From IMG/VR virus record IMGVR_UViG_3300042397_003635: a stretch of 64,000 nt of DNA, one strand, 5' to 3'. The notes below the pieces were generated by a model, which was not told where the DNA came from, ran no database searches, and saw only the letters and a program-made list of their open reading frames with translations. Position 1 is the first letter of the stretch, and the number at the start of each line of letters is the position of its first letter. This stretch comes from a virus (Duplodnaviria; Caudoviricetes). Below, one piece after another: positions 45,609 through 54,838 of this stretch. A program made the translations under genes and the position numbers.

Positions 45609-46213
45609 TATGCTATGTATAAAATTGTTGGGTTATCCTTGTGTACGTCAATATCAGGAAACTCTTCCCTAAATTTTTGCAGATTAAATGGAGCACTAAT
45701 AATATGGATTCCACTTTTAGTTTTAATAAATTCCATATAGATTGGATTGCCAGTTTCGGTTTGTAATTCAATAATTCGGCGTCTAATCTGAATCATGCTA
45801 GGCTGATGATTAAACCCATCAATTGAAATATTATCAATATCAATAATCCATTTCTTATTGGGCTCATTTGCATAGGCTCCACACACTGATTCATACGCCT
45901 TACGAACTGACGCAAAATCCTTGTTCATAATTTGATCAGTAACCTTTTTTAGGGTATGAAAAGCCATTTTTTCAAATGAGCGACGATTAAGATTAATACA
46001 TGCTCTTGCTCCATGAAAATTGCACAGTGCAATAATTTCTGGCTCGACTTTTGCTAGGTGCTCTTCAGATTTAATGTAATATGTCTTAATAACCAAAGAG
46101 TTAGAGCCAATTTCAGGATGGTCCTTTTTTCGTTTGATTATTTGTAGATGATAAAAATCATCGCCACTCCTAAATTGGAGCATTTTTAAAATTTGTTGAA
46201 AGTTATTAGTCAC
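45608..46213 (-). CDS. Hypothetical protein, possibly AEP (Prim-Pol)-like
   Basis: WIIDID and KTKSGIHII resemble the AEP DxD and SxxGxH motifs. Confidence 0.4.
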   Translation of the reverse strand: MTNNFQQILKMLQFRSGDDFYHLQIIKRKKDHPEIGSNSLVIKTYYIKSEEHLAKVEPEIIALCNFHGARACINLNRRSFEKMAFHTLKKVTDQIMNKDFASVRKAYESVCGAYANEPNKKWIIDIDNISIDGFNHQPSMIQIRRRIIELQTETGNPIYMEFIKTKSGIHIISAPFNLQKFREEFPDIDVHKDNPTILYIA

Positions 46214-46524
46214 TAGTCGTCGATTTTAAAGGTTAAAACCTTCCAGTTAAAGTTAAACCAAACTTTAATCCAGATTAGGTTAAAACCAATATACCAACTT
46301 GGTGATAGGTTTGACTTATTAAACATAGCCTTGCCCTTTAAACGAGTCCCTACTGCCATATCCTTTTTAAACCAAATACCTAATTCATGTCGACGATGCC
46401 ATAGCGTAATGTCATCCATTAGCTTGGTAGAATATTCAGAATTTTTGTACGACTCCCACTTGTGTCGAATTACCATGGTCGTTTGAAAGTGACCTAACTT
46501 AAGAGTTTTAATTATGCCAGCCAT
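46213..46524 (-). CDS. Hypothetical protein
   Basis: 103 aa, coupled. Confidence 0.55.
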   Translation of the reverse strand: MAGIIKTLKLGHFQTTMVIRHKWESYKNSEYSTKLMDDITLWHRRHELGIWFKKDMAVGTRLKGKAMFNKSNLSPSWYIGFNLIWIKVWFNFNWKVLTFKIDD

Positions 46525-46922
46525 TGATTAACTATTTGTATTAATAAGTATGAAAGTTTATATCCAACAAAAGCGCCTAGTGCACTTGGGATTGGAAAGA
46601 CTACGAGTTTACCAAGATCGGTTACATATTTTGGGCGATTAACAATTCTGCCCATAAAGAAGTAATATGTAATATAGCCAACTAAAACTGCAATATCAGT
46701 TCGAGTTGCAATAAAAACAACTAGGGTTGCACCGATAAAACCAAATAGGAAATTATCCCTAACCCCTTCCCAAACCTCAGCTCGGGTTGCGCCTTGCCAG
46801 TCTTTAACAATTTGCTGTAGTTTTGTTTTATTTTTCATTTTAAATTTCGGATATATTTCCGTTTTTATATTTGAACTTGGCCCTTTGAGTTTTTGCCATA
46901 GCTCCCAATTGATAATCGACAT
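46512..46922 (-). CDS. Hypothetical membrane protein
   Basis: Three hydrophobic segments. Confidence 0.55.
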   Translation of the reverse strand: MSIINWELWQKLKGPSSNIKTEIYPKFKMKNKTKLQQIVKDWQGATRAEVWEGVRDNFLFGFIGATLVVFIATRTDIAVLVGYITYYFFMGRIVNRPKYVTDLGKLVVFPIPSALGAFVGYKLSYLLIQIVNQWLA

Positions 46923-46993
46923 AATATATTATACTTAAGTTTTAGTAAGTCGGCACTAATAAATATCTCTATAAATCATAAAATCTTTGACTA

Positions 46994-47404
46994 ATGAAAT
47001 ACGCTAAACCCTTTACTCAATTTATAAGTGAAGCTCGAGCAGATATGACGCCAGCTGAATTGGAAATGCTGGATAGAATCGAAGCTAGAACTAGAGAAGC
47101 TTATCCTGAAACCTCGCCTGACGAAAAGAAAATTGACTCCAGACTTAGAGACCTAGGTCTTGCTCCTAAAGAAGAGTTCGATGACCGTTGGGATAATATG
47201 GTCGACGAGTGGGGTAGTGATCCTGAAATTAGCCGCGCAATTGATGTACTTAAGTCTCGTACAAGTGCAATCATGAACAAATACATTGACTATGGCGATC
47301 CAGAAGATGAGGCCAATTACGATCAGCGTAGAGAATGGATTTGGGAAGCTTCAATCGATGATATTGGATTCTTAGAATTTATGATTGCCCAAGGCGATAT
47401 CTAA
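46994..47404 (+). CDS. Putative internal head protein (RLxDLGL)
   Basis: MKYAKPFTQFISEA; SRLRDLGL; AATAAATA at 46958. Confidence 0.6.
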   Translation: MKYAKPFTQFISEARADMTPAELEMLDRIEARTREAYPETSPDEKKIDSRLRDLGLAPKEEFDDRWDNMVDEWGSDPEISRAIDVLKSRTSAIMNKYIDYGDPEDEANYDQRREWIWEASIDDIGFLEFMIAQGDI

Positions 47405-47619
47405 TTTTTAACTGGCACCTTACGTGCAACTTGCGGTTTTTCTATTTTTATTTTAATTGTGTCTCCAGCTTGATGAGGAGTTCGGCAATACACAGTTCCT
47501 TCAATACAGGTTTCTGCATCATATACATTATATTGGTAGGTACCTTGAAAATCTGGTGTACCTGTTCCAGATGTTACGATTAATACTAGATACGTAACAA
47601 TTTTTCCTAATTCTATCAT
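47401..47619 (-). CDS. Hypothetical protein
   Basis: 72 aa ORF. Confidence 0.45.
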   Translation of the reverse strand: MIELGKIVTYLVLIVTSGTGTPDFQGTYQYNVYDAETCIEGTVYCRTPHQAGDTIKIKIEKPQVARKVPVKN

Positions 47620-47690
47620 AATTCTATTATACCTAATCTCTGGTAAAGAGTATTAGATCTGGATAAATAACTACAAATAAGATATACTTA

Positions 47691-48320
47691 ATGTCATACT
47701 TCAAAAAATTTGGTGAATTTCTTAATGAAGATGAATCTTCGGAAGAACAATTAGCCAAACTAGCTAGATTAAAGGACCTTGGTTTGCTTGACACAGATCA
47801 ATATAGACAAGATTCCAAGAATATCCGAAAGGATGTAATGCTTGCTGCTAAAGACCGAGGAGACTATGCAGGAACAGCTCTTCCAGAAATTAGAGAAATA
47901 TTAGATTCTCCAGAAGCTCAACTACTAAGGGACAAAGGTCTTGAAGTAGTTTCAAGTCCAACTCAACTCTTAAATGGTACCCTTGTTTGGGCAAAACCTG
48001 GTTATAGAAGATCAGATGGTTGGGGTCTAGGATTTTTTCCTGGCCCAAGTAAAATACGCAGAATGACTCCAAAGGGAATTAATATTGGAGTATGGGGCCG
48101 CAGAGTAGGTTCAATGGATGTTGAAATGAAAGCTATTCCAAAATCAGCATATTCTAATGAGGCTGAATTTTATAGAGTTGCAATGAAGTGGGCAGCTGAA
48201 CATATCGATTGGGATCAATTAGAAATGGCTGAAAGACAGAGCCGCGAAGCTTGGAGATATTACGTAAAAGGAAAAACAAAACAAGGTTATTTTAACGATG
48301 AGAATAATAGAATCATTTAA
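47691..48320 (+). CDS. Putative internal head protein (RLxDLGL)
   Basis: MSYFKKFGEFLNED; ARLKDLGL; GATAAATA at 47662. Confidence 0.6.
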   Translation: MSYFKKFGEFLNEDESSEEQLAKLARLKDLGLLDTDQYRQDSKNIRKDVMLAAKDRGDYAGTALPEIREILDSPEAQLLRDKGLEVVSSPTQLLNGTLVWAKPGYRRSDGWGLGFFPGPSKIRRMTPKGINIGVWGRRVGSMDVEMKAIPKSAYSNEAEFYRVAMKWAAEHIDWDQLEMAERQSREAWRYYVKGKTKQGYFNDENNRII

Positions 48321-49929
48321 TAGCTGGAAACGTTCGGACAGACTCTTAAACGAGAATGTTCAGGCAGCTAAACAATATATGTTAAAACGTTTTGCTCAAG
48401 CAAAAGGAATTGAATCTTCTGAAATTACGCCAGAGGATCAAGCTAGAATTTTTGCAAATGAAGATTATAAAAAAGTTTTACAGTTAATTCAGCCACTTCC
48501 TGGTTATGCATCAACCTTTGTCAAATTTAAATTTGATCATAGAGTTTCATTTGAGCAATTAGCAGAATTGCTTGAGAAAATTAAAGCAAATTCCCAATTT
48601 TTAGGGGAATTATCAATGCCAATTATTGAATTTCCAAATCAAAAGGAAGTAAATGGAGTTTCTCCATTTGAGGCGCTAATAGATGAGTTTAATCAAATTG
48701 AAACCCGTCGTAAAGCAAAATGGATTCTTAACGAATTACCAGGAAATTTACGTAGAGCAGCTAGAGAATTACCAAAAGAAGATCTACAGAGACTTTTTAA
48801 TGCAGCAACTATTATGAATGATTTGGGTCAAGAAGTTAAAGTGCGTTTGTTAAAAAAGGCAAAGGCTTTTACTAATCCAATTGATTTTATAGTTTATGCT
48901 GAAAATTATGTTAAAGGTTACCTAAACTCTGACGTTCAAAGTAAAATTGATAAATTAGAACAATTAGAACCAGAAGGCTCTGTGATTTATGCAGATGATC
49001 GTTACCTAATGTTAAGCGCACGTACAGAAAAGGCGCAAAAGGAATTATGCTCAGTTGCAAACTGGTGTATTAATAGAGGAAGTTTTAATAATAGAGGTTA
49101 TGGTGGAAGCGCTGTACAAATTAATACATTTGATTTTGGTTTACCACCAACTGATCCTCATCACCTAATTGGTACAACTATTTCATATGAAGGAAAGGTT
49201 ACATATAGTCATGATATTAACGATAGGAGTGTTAAGACAACTGATGATATTGCAACACACCTTAAGAAATTTGGTTATCCAGATAAAATGATTAACACAT
49301 TAATTCAGGTTTTTCCAATTGAGGCCATGATTAAAAAGGTAATTACTGAACTTAGTATTGATAAAAAATCTCCGATTCAAGTTCTTGATTCAGTTATTAA
49401 AGCAAGTTATAAAGTAAATCCAGAAGACGATCAAGAATCAGCTAGAGTAATTCTTAATATCCTAATGGAGAGAATTGCACCAGCTGTTAAAGAAGAAGAA
49501 ATTATTGCACTCTACATGAAGTTCGGTGTAATGTCAATTTTCTCTGCTAAACTATTTAATATGTTATTACCTAATATTAATCCTCAAACAAGATCTGAGG
49601 TTATTCAAAATGCAAAGGCGATTCTTGATGAAATTAAAGGTTATGCAAGCACCGGTTTATTTAAATATCCACAATTGCTAAATGCAGTTAAGAGCGAACC
49701 TAAAATTATAGAATTACTTGGTGAAAGTATAGTAAATGAATTTTATGCAGCTGAACCTGCAATTAAAGAACCTACTACAAAACCTAAAGTAACTCCAAGA
49801 CCAGGTCCAATTCCAACTAAAAAACCATCAGTTAACCCTGAACCAAGCGCAACTGCAGAAGATGTAGTTAATGTATTTTTAGCTGAATTAAAAAAATTAG
49901 GTACTACACCAAAGGAATTCCTTAAGTAA
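48298..49929 (+). CDS. Putative internal head protein (large)
   Basis: MRIIESFNSWKRSDRLLNEN; Pro-rich C-terminal linker. Confidence 0.55.
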   Translation: MRIIESFNSWKRSDRLLNENVQAAKQYMLKRFAQAKGIESSEITPEDQARIFANEDYKKVLQLIQPLPGYASTFVKFKFDHRVSFEQLAELLEKIKANSQFLGELSMPIIEFPNQKEVNGVSPFEALIDEFNQIETRRKAKWILNELPGNLRRAARELPKEDLQRLFNAATIMNDLGQEVKVRLLKKAKAFTNPIDFIVYAENYVKGYLNSDVQSKIDKLEQLEPEGSVIYADDRYLMLSARTEKAQKELCSVANWCINRGSFNNRGYGGSAVQINTFDFGLPPTDPHHLIGTTISYEGKVTYSHDINDRSVKTTDDIATHLKKFGYPDKMINTLIQVFPIEAMIKKVITELSIDKKSPIQVLDSVIKASYKVNPEDDQESARVILNILMERIAPAVKEEEIIALYMKFGVMSIFSAKLFNMLLPNINPQTRSEVIQNAKAILDEIKGYASTGLFKYPQLLNAVKSEPKIIELLGESIVNEFYAAEPAIKEPTTKPKVTPRPGPIPTKKPSVNPEPSATAEDVVNVFLAELKKLGTTPKEFLK

Positions 49930-49930
49930 T

Positions 49931-51226
49931 ATGAAAACACTAAAACAATTTTTACAAGAGGCAAGTTTACAGGGAAATCCTGGAACACCCGATCAATACC
50001 TAAAGGGAGTTGAACGCAGAGCAATGCAAGATGTTCAAGGAACTGAACAAAGACTTGGAAGAGAAATGAGTCAGTTTATGCAATTTGTTTCTCAAGTGCA
50101 AAGAATGCAAACTCCTCAAGTTAAAGCACAATTAGAAAAACTTGCAGAAGATATTATAATGAAAGAGTATGGATCAATCTTAACTCAAACTAAATTAAGT
50201 ATTAAATTTGCAAAGGCTGGAGAAATCCAACAAATGATGGAAGAGGTTCCTATGGAAACACCAGAACCCCAAAAAGAAATTGAAGATCAGGCAACTATTT
50301 CAAAAATCCATGCTAGAAAAATTGGTAACGCAATTATGCAAGGCGAGGCTAAAAATGCAAAGCGTATGTTAGCTTTACCTGAAACCATGGATGGTATGAT
50401 TAAAATTTTTGGACCAGCGGACGCTGCAAAAATGGTAGATCTTCTTAAGAAAATTACAGACATTGCCTCTGCTCTTGATTGGAGAATTCCAATGGAAGTT
50501 CAAAAGCAAATGTGGGAAAGAGATAAAGGCGGATTTAGCGGATCAGTTAAAGTTGATTTTAAACCAGTTGAAGCTGACGAAAAAACTGCAGAGGATCTTA
50601 TTAAATCTCTAGAAAGTGGTGATCTTGAAACTCAAGAAATAGAAGATACTTTAAATGAAATGGAGCCTACTATTACTGCAATTGGTACAGATTTTGCAAT
50701 GCTACTTCATGAAGCAATTAAAGGAATCTATAAATTAATTGGAACTGCTTCTATTCCAGATGATGAAGAAGAAGCTGGAAAGGTTGTTGCAAATACTGGA
50801 ACACTTAGTGATGAATTAGAAGATTTAAGATATGGACCCTACTTAGCAGCAGATCTTAGAGATTTTGTAAATCGATTTACCAATTCAAGTTCAGTTGAAA
50901 ATATCAGAGAACACGTTTTTGGAAAATTAATGATTCTTGCAAAAGAGGAAACTCAAGCATTTTTACAATTAATGAAAGAAATTTTTACTGAAGATGCTGG
51001 AGCAATTAATAAAATGAAATCGATTGTTTCAGAAATTGAACAAGAAATTAAGGATTGGGAACGCAGTCAATTTGATGAAGAGGTTCCAGACCTTGGAGTT
51101 GAACTGGTTGCCACTGAAACTGACCCATCTCAATTAAGTAAAAAGGACATTCAAGCCTTAATTGATGCAGCACTAGATGCTGGAGATTACGCTGAAGTTG
51201 GAAAACTTGCAAAATATTTAGATTAA
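49931..51226 (+). CDS. Putative internal head protein
   Basis: MKTLKQFLQEA; C-terminal UVR-like IDAALDAGDYAEV. Confidence 0.6.
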   Translation: MKTLKQFLQEASLQGNPGTPDQYLKGVERRAMQDVQGTEQRLGREMSQFMQFVSQVQRMQTPQVKAQLEKLAEDIIMKEYGSILTQTKLSIKFAKAGEIQQMMEEVPMETPEPQKEIEDQATISKIHARKIGNAIMQGEAKNAKRMLALPETMDGMIKIFGPADAAKMVDLLKKITDIASALDWRIPMEVQKQMWERDKGGFSGSVKVDFKPVEADEKTAEDLIKSLESGDLETQEIEDTLNEMEPTITAIGTDFAMLLHEAIKGIYKLIGTASIPDDEEEAGKVVANTGTLSDELEDLRYGPYLAADLRDFVNRFTNSSSVENIREHVFGKLMILAKEETQAFLQLMKEIFTEDAGAINKMKSIVSEIEQEIKDWERSQFDEEVPDLGVELVATETDPSQLSKKDIQALIDAALDAGDYAEVGKLAKYLD

Positions 51227-51227
51227 T

Positions 51228-51884
51228 ATGAAAATTCAAAGATTTAAACAATTTATAAATGAAAGCGAGGAATATCTCGATGAACCTGCAAAAGAAATGT
51301 TTAATGAGCTTCTAACTCAAATTGCAGATGAAATAGACGGTCAATCTGGCTGGATGGCTTCCGTAAATGAAAACTCTAGTACCCTACGTATTGACCAAGA
51401 TTGGAATATTGATGATTTAAACTATGAAGGCGATGAGCCTAGAGTTTATGCAAGTTATACTGCAACCTTTAAAATTGCTTTTCAAGATGATTCAACTCAA
51501 TTATCCCCAGAAGTAGTTAGACTTTGGAAATTAGGATTAGCGCCAATTACTGAATTAATTAAAGGATTCGATCATATTTGGGGTTTTAGTATTGATTCAA
51601 AGGATGTCCCAGAATTAGATATTCAAGAAGGAAATAGCGAATTTGAGTTTATGTCAATTGAAGATTTGACTGGAGGCGCAACTGCTGATTTAACTGACAT
51701 TGAAGCTTTTGCAACTGACTTAATTGAAACTCTTAATGGTTGGTTAGACGAACAAACTTATATGTTACACGATAGAGTTCAAGAAGAATTAGACATGATT
51801 TCTGGTTATGGTGATGACGACGAAGAAGAGGATGACGATGATTATGAAAACGATGATGACGATTTTTCTGAAGACGAAATTTAA
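51228..51884 (+). CDS. Putative internal head protein (acidic)
   Basis: MKIQRFKQFINES; VRLWKLGL; poly-Asp/Glu tail. Confidence 0.6.
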   Translation: MKIQRFKQFINESEEYLDEPAKEMFNELLTQIADEIDGQSGWMASVNENSSTLRIDQDWNIDDLNYEGDEPRVYASYTATFKIAFQDDSTQLSPEVVRLWKLGLAPITELIKGFDHIWGFSIDSKDVPELDIQEGNSEFEFMSIEDLTGGATADLTDIEAFATDLIETLNGWLDEQTYMLHDRVQEELDMISGYGDDDEEEDDDDYENDDDDFSEDEI

Positions 51885-51889
51885 GATAG

Positions 51890-51970
51890 TTGAGGTTTGA
51901 AGACCTCACTTAGGACCGGGACTAGTTCACGGGTTTGGGCAGGGAATTCGCTACTCTCTGCCCTTTTTTA
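51890..51970 (+). ncRNA. Candidate structured RNA ending in a terminator
   Basis: TGAGGT/ACCTCA hairpin, AGGACCG element, GGGCAG-GGA-ATTCGCTAC-TCT-CTGCCC hairpin plus T-tract. Confidence 0.35.
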
Positions 51971-52447
51971 TCTCTGCTTAGTATTACCTACAAATTGATT
52001 AAAGACGTGCTGAATAAGCCACTGTTCAACATTTGGAATAGTTTGTAAAAATTCCAATTCCCATAAATAGCAGTCAGCCTCTTCTGCATTTCCACTAAGA
52101 TAAACTATACCATTCCTGGAGATCCATAGGTGTTTGCTCTCGTGAACTATTACTGCAGCTATATTGTTTATTGATCCCAACTTAAAATCATCCCTAGATA
52201 TTACAATGGTTCCCTTTGCACTGCCCTTTCCAGGTTGGGTCGTTGATACTTTTCCATTCCACATTGAAATATGATCACATGATTCTTCAATCATTTGCCA
52301 ATGTTTAGGTGAAGTTTTTTTAATTAAGACCAGCGCTGAATCTACTTGAGTAGACCAACCATCTCCTCCTTTATCTACTACAATTTGAGCATTAACCAAA
52401 TTTGTAATAAAAAATAGAATAATTATAATTATAATATGTCTCAACAT
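51968..52447 (-). CDS. Secreted protein with HExxH motif
   Basis: Signal peptide; VIVHESKH..EEADCY. Confidence 0.55.
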   Translation of the reverse strand: MLRHIIIIIILFFITNLVNAQIVVDKGGDGWSTQVDSALVLIKKTSPKHWQMIEESCDHISMWNGKVSTTQPGKGSAKGTIVISRDDFKLGSINNIAAVIVHESKHLWISRNGIVYLSGNAEEADCYLWELEFLQTIPNVEQWLIQHVFNQFVGNTKQR

Positions 52448-52490
52448 AGCTAAAAAAAGCCGAGGTTTTATGCTCGGCTCTAAATTTTAA

Positions 52491-53114
52491 TTAAAGATCT
52501 TTTGGTTCTTTGCCGGTCGCCTTTCTTATAAAAGCAGCTGCCGCTGCTTCAGGATCCTTTGCCCAACCAAAATATTTTTTAGATTTTTGTTTAAAGTCCT
52601 TTGCTCCTTTTTCCTGATCTTTAAGCATTTTTTTCATTTCTGCTTTTTTTAGATTTGGAAATTTCTTATCTGCATCTTTTAAAACTTCTTCTCTTTTCTT
52701 TTCTAAGATAATAAAGTCTGAGCATCTCATTACTCTCTTACTTTCAAAACCATCATATGAAGGCTCGTCGTCTAATACGGAGTCCATCCACTGCTGTTTT
52801 TTAAGGTGAGATTTTTTGGCCTTTACTTCAGCAGCTTCTCTACGTTTAATATAACCCGTATCTTCTGCTGCTAATTTTTTATGTAGATCTAGGATTCTAA
52901 CTGCCAATTCTTTTTTCATTGGATGACCTTTAGGAAGCTCTCTAAGTTTTGCTTGTAGTTCCTTTAGTTCAGCTTCATCTCCGGAACCATATATAGGTTC
53001 GTCTTTTTCTACTGGTTCAAACTCGTCTTCAAAATCAAATTTTGAGGCTGGAGTAGCGTCGAAGTCGTCTGGATTGAACTCCATTTCGTCTTCATCATGG
53101 AATCTAGGTTTCAT
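52491..53114 (-). CDS. Hypothetical protein (charged; internal capsid-targeting-like segment)
   Basis: Internal FESKRVMRCSDFIILEKK. Confidence 0.5.
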   Translation of the reverse strand: MKPRFHDEDEMEFNPDDFDATPASKFDFEDEFEPVEKDEPIYGSGDEAELKELQAKLRELPKGHPMKKELAVRILDLHKKLAAEDTGYIKRREAAEVKAKKSHLKKQQWMDSVLDDEPSYDGFESKRVMRCSDFIILEKKREEVLKDADKKFPNLKKAEMKKMLKDQEKGAKDFKQKSKKYFGWAKDPEAAAAAFIRKATGKEPKDL

Positions 53115-53190
53115 TGGAATAGACTCGTTATTTTAGTTTATCTATCTTAGTGACGATAAATAATAATGTAGTACAAGATAATTAAATCAA

Positions 53191-54042
53191 ATGCAAAATA
53201 TGCAAGTTAGACAATTTACAGACTGGTTAGGCGAAGCAGTGGCTCCAGCAAAGACTTATACAAAAAAGCTTTCTGAGCTTAATCCGCAGCGAAAATACAT
53301 TGGAGATACCTATAATACAGATCTTTTTTTAAGATTTAAACACCTGGCTTCAATTAGAGACAAACATGGAAAAAGAATTGGTGTTGAAAAATGGTTTGAA
53401 CTTGCTCAACTTGAAGATAAGGGATTCTATTCTGCTGTGTTGGCTGACCAAATGGGACAGCCCGATGTTCGCGAACTTTGGAGAGATATGATGGGTAGAA
53501 ATGCAAGTAAAGTTAAAGGTCAAGTTAATTTTAAAGATCCATTTAAAGGAAGCGAAGATACTGAAGATGAAGTTAGAGATTTAAGCCTAAGTGAAAGTGT
53601 TGAAGAACCTATTACAATGCAGTCAAATCTAGATTCAACTTGGACTTTAGTTATTACTTATCCAAATGATTCATTATATGCTAAAGCTCAGCCATACTTT
53701 GAAAAGCTTGGAATTGCATTTGCAAATTTGGCAAGCCAAACTGTTTATTTTGATGGATCGGAAGTAAGCGAAGCCTATTTCACAAAGGATCATATGCTTG
53801 CAGTTGAAGCACATGAAATTGGACACTCTATTGCAAATCATCAAGGGGAACCATATTATTCTAAAAGACAGGAACAAGAAGCAGACTTTATTGGAATCAA
53901 TTTGCTAATTCAAAATTCTTTAACTAAAGCTGCAAATATTCTAGCAGAAAGATTCTCAAATCATTATAATATTGAATATACAAAACTGGCTGATTCTGAA
54001 CAACTTACTGAACTACTAGAAGATTACTTACTAGATAAATAA
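53191..54042 (+). CDS. Putative internal head protein with C-terminal zincin-like metallopeptidase motif
   Basis: VRQFTDWLGEA; EAHEIGH..EQEADFIG; GATAAATA at 53155. Confidence 0.6.
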   Translation: MQNMQVRQFTDWLGEAVAPAKTYTKKLSELNPQRKYIGDTYNTDLFLRFKHLASIRDKHGKRIGVEKWFELAQLEDKGFYSAVLADQMGQPDVRELWRDMMGRNASKVKGQVNFKDPFKGSEDTEDEVRDLSLSESVEEPITMQSNLDSTWTLVITYPNDSLYAKAQPYFEKLGIAFANLASQTVYFDGSEVSEAYFTKDHMLAVEAHEIGHSIANHQGEPYYSKRQEQEADFIGINLLIQNSLTKAANILAERFSNHYNIEYTKLADSEQLTELLEDYLLDK

Positions 54043-54059
54043 TAAAAAATCTTTCAATC

Positions 54060-54344
54060 ATGGCCATACCTAAAATCGGAGACATTAAGAAATTTTCATT
54101 TGGTGAAATGACATCAAATGACACTGGAAAAACTTCTTCTACTTCAACTGCTGGTGTTTATATCATTTTCATTGGAGGTCTTTGCTTCTTATTGGGATGC
54201 ATTGATAAAATGTTTTTAGATAAATCAATTGATATTATCAACCAATCTGTAATGTTTACAACTATTGGAGCAGCTCTACTTGGAGTTAAAAACGTAGTAG
54301 GAAGCGGTAAGAAAACTGAAGCTCCAGCCGAAGAGACTAAATAA
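54060..54344 (+). CDS. Small two-TM protein (holin-like candidate)
   Basis: Two TM segments, charged C-terminal tail, late promoter at 54034. Confidence 0.45.
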   Translation: MAIPKIGDIKKFSFGEMTSNDTGKTSSTSTAGVYIIFIGGLCFLLGCIDKMFLDKSIDIINQSVMFTTIGAALLGVKNVVGSGKKTEAPAEETK

Positions 54345-54366
54345 TTTTATCCAACCTGGATAAACT

Positions 54367-54396
54367 AAAAGAGGAGATTAATCTCCTCTTTTTTAT
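54367..54396. terminator. Bidirectional terminator (perfect palindrome)
   Basis: AAAAGAGGAGATTAATCTCCTCTTTT between convergent genes. Confidence 0.8.
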
Positions 54397-54653
54397 TTTA
54401 AAATGCTTGTAATGTAGTGTCCTATAAAACAGTGGATTCTGGGTATTCCAAGTTTTCGTCTAAAGGAATTTTCTAAATCGGTAAGCGGACTTGCGCCTCC
54501 GGCCCAAATAAAATTTATAAACATAAAAATTATTGGAAATGCAAACCAGGCTGGAACGTGTAGAAGTAGGTGAGGTAGAGTTGCGGCCATTCCAAAAAGA
54601 AGGATTCCATGTAGAATCGAAGTTAAGACTAAGCCAATTTTATATTGTGTCAT
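54393..54653 (-). CDS. Hypothetical membrane protein
   Basis: Two TM segments; SPLTDLENSFRRKLG. Confidence 0.6.
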   Translation of the reverse strand: MTQYKIGLVLTSILHGILLFGMAATLPHLLLHVPAWFAFPIIFMFINFIWAGGASPLTDLENSFRRKLGIPRIHCFIGHYITSILK

Positions 54654-54838
54654 TTGAGAGGGTCTATGTAGAACTTTTTATAATCATAAAGATCAGCACA
54701 CTTTTCATATTCCTCTCTGGATTCTAGCCAGTGAATTACTTCATCTATCTTAGACCAGTATTTGGAATTATATCCATACTTATCAAGGTCTTTATAGATT
54801 TTTTCCATTTCCTCATCAGACGAGAGCTGCTTTGCCAT
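54650..54838 (-). CDS. Small protein with UVR motif
   Basis: WLESREEYEKCADL. Confidence 0.6.
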   Translation of the reverse strand: MAKQLSSDEEMEKIYKDLDKYGYNSKYWSKIDEVIHWLESREEYEKCADLYDYKKFYIDPLK

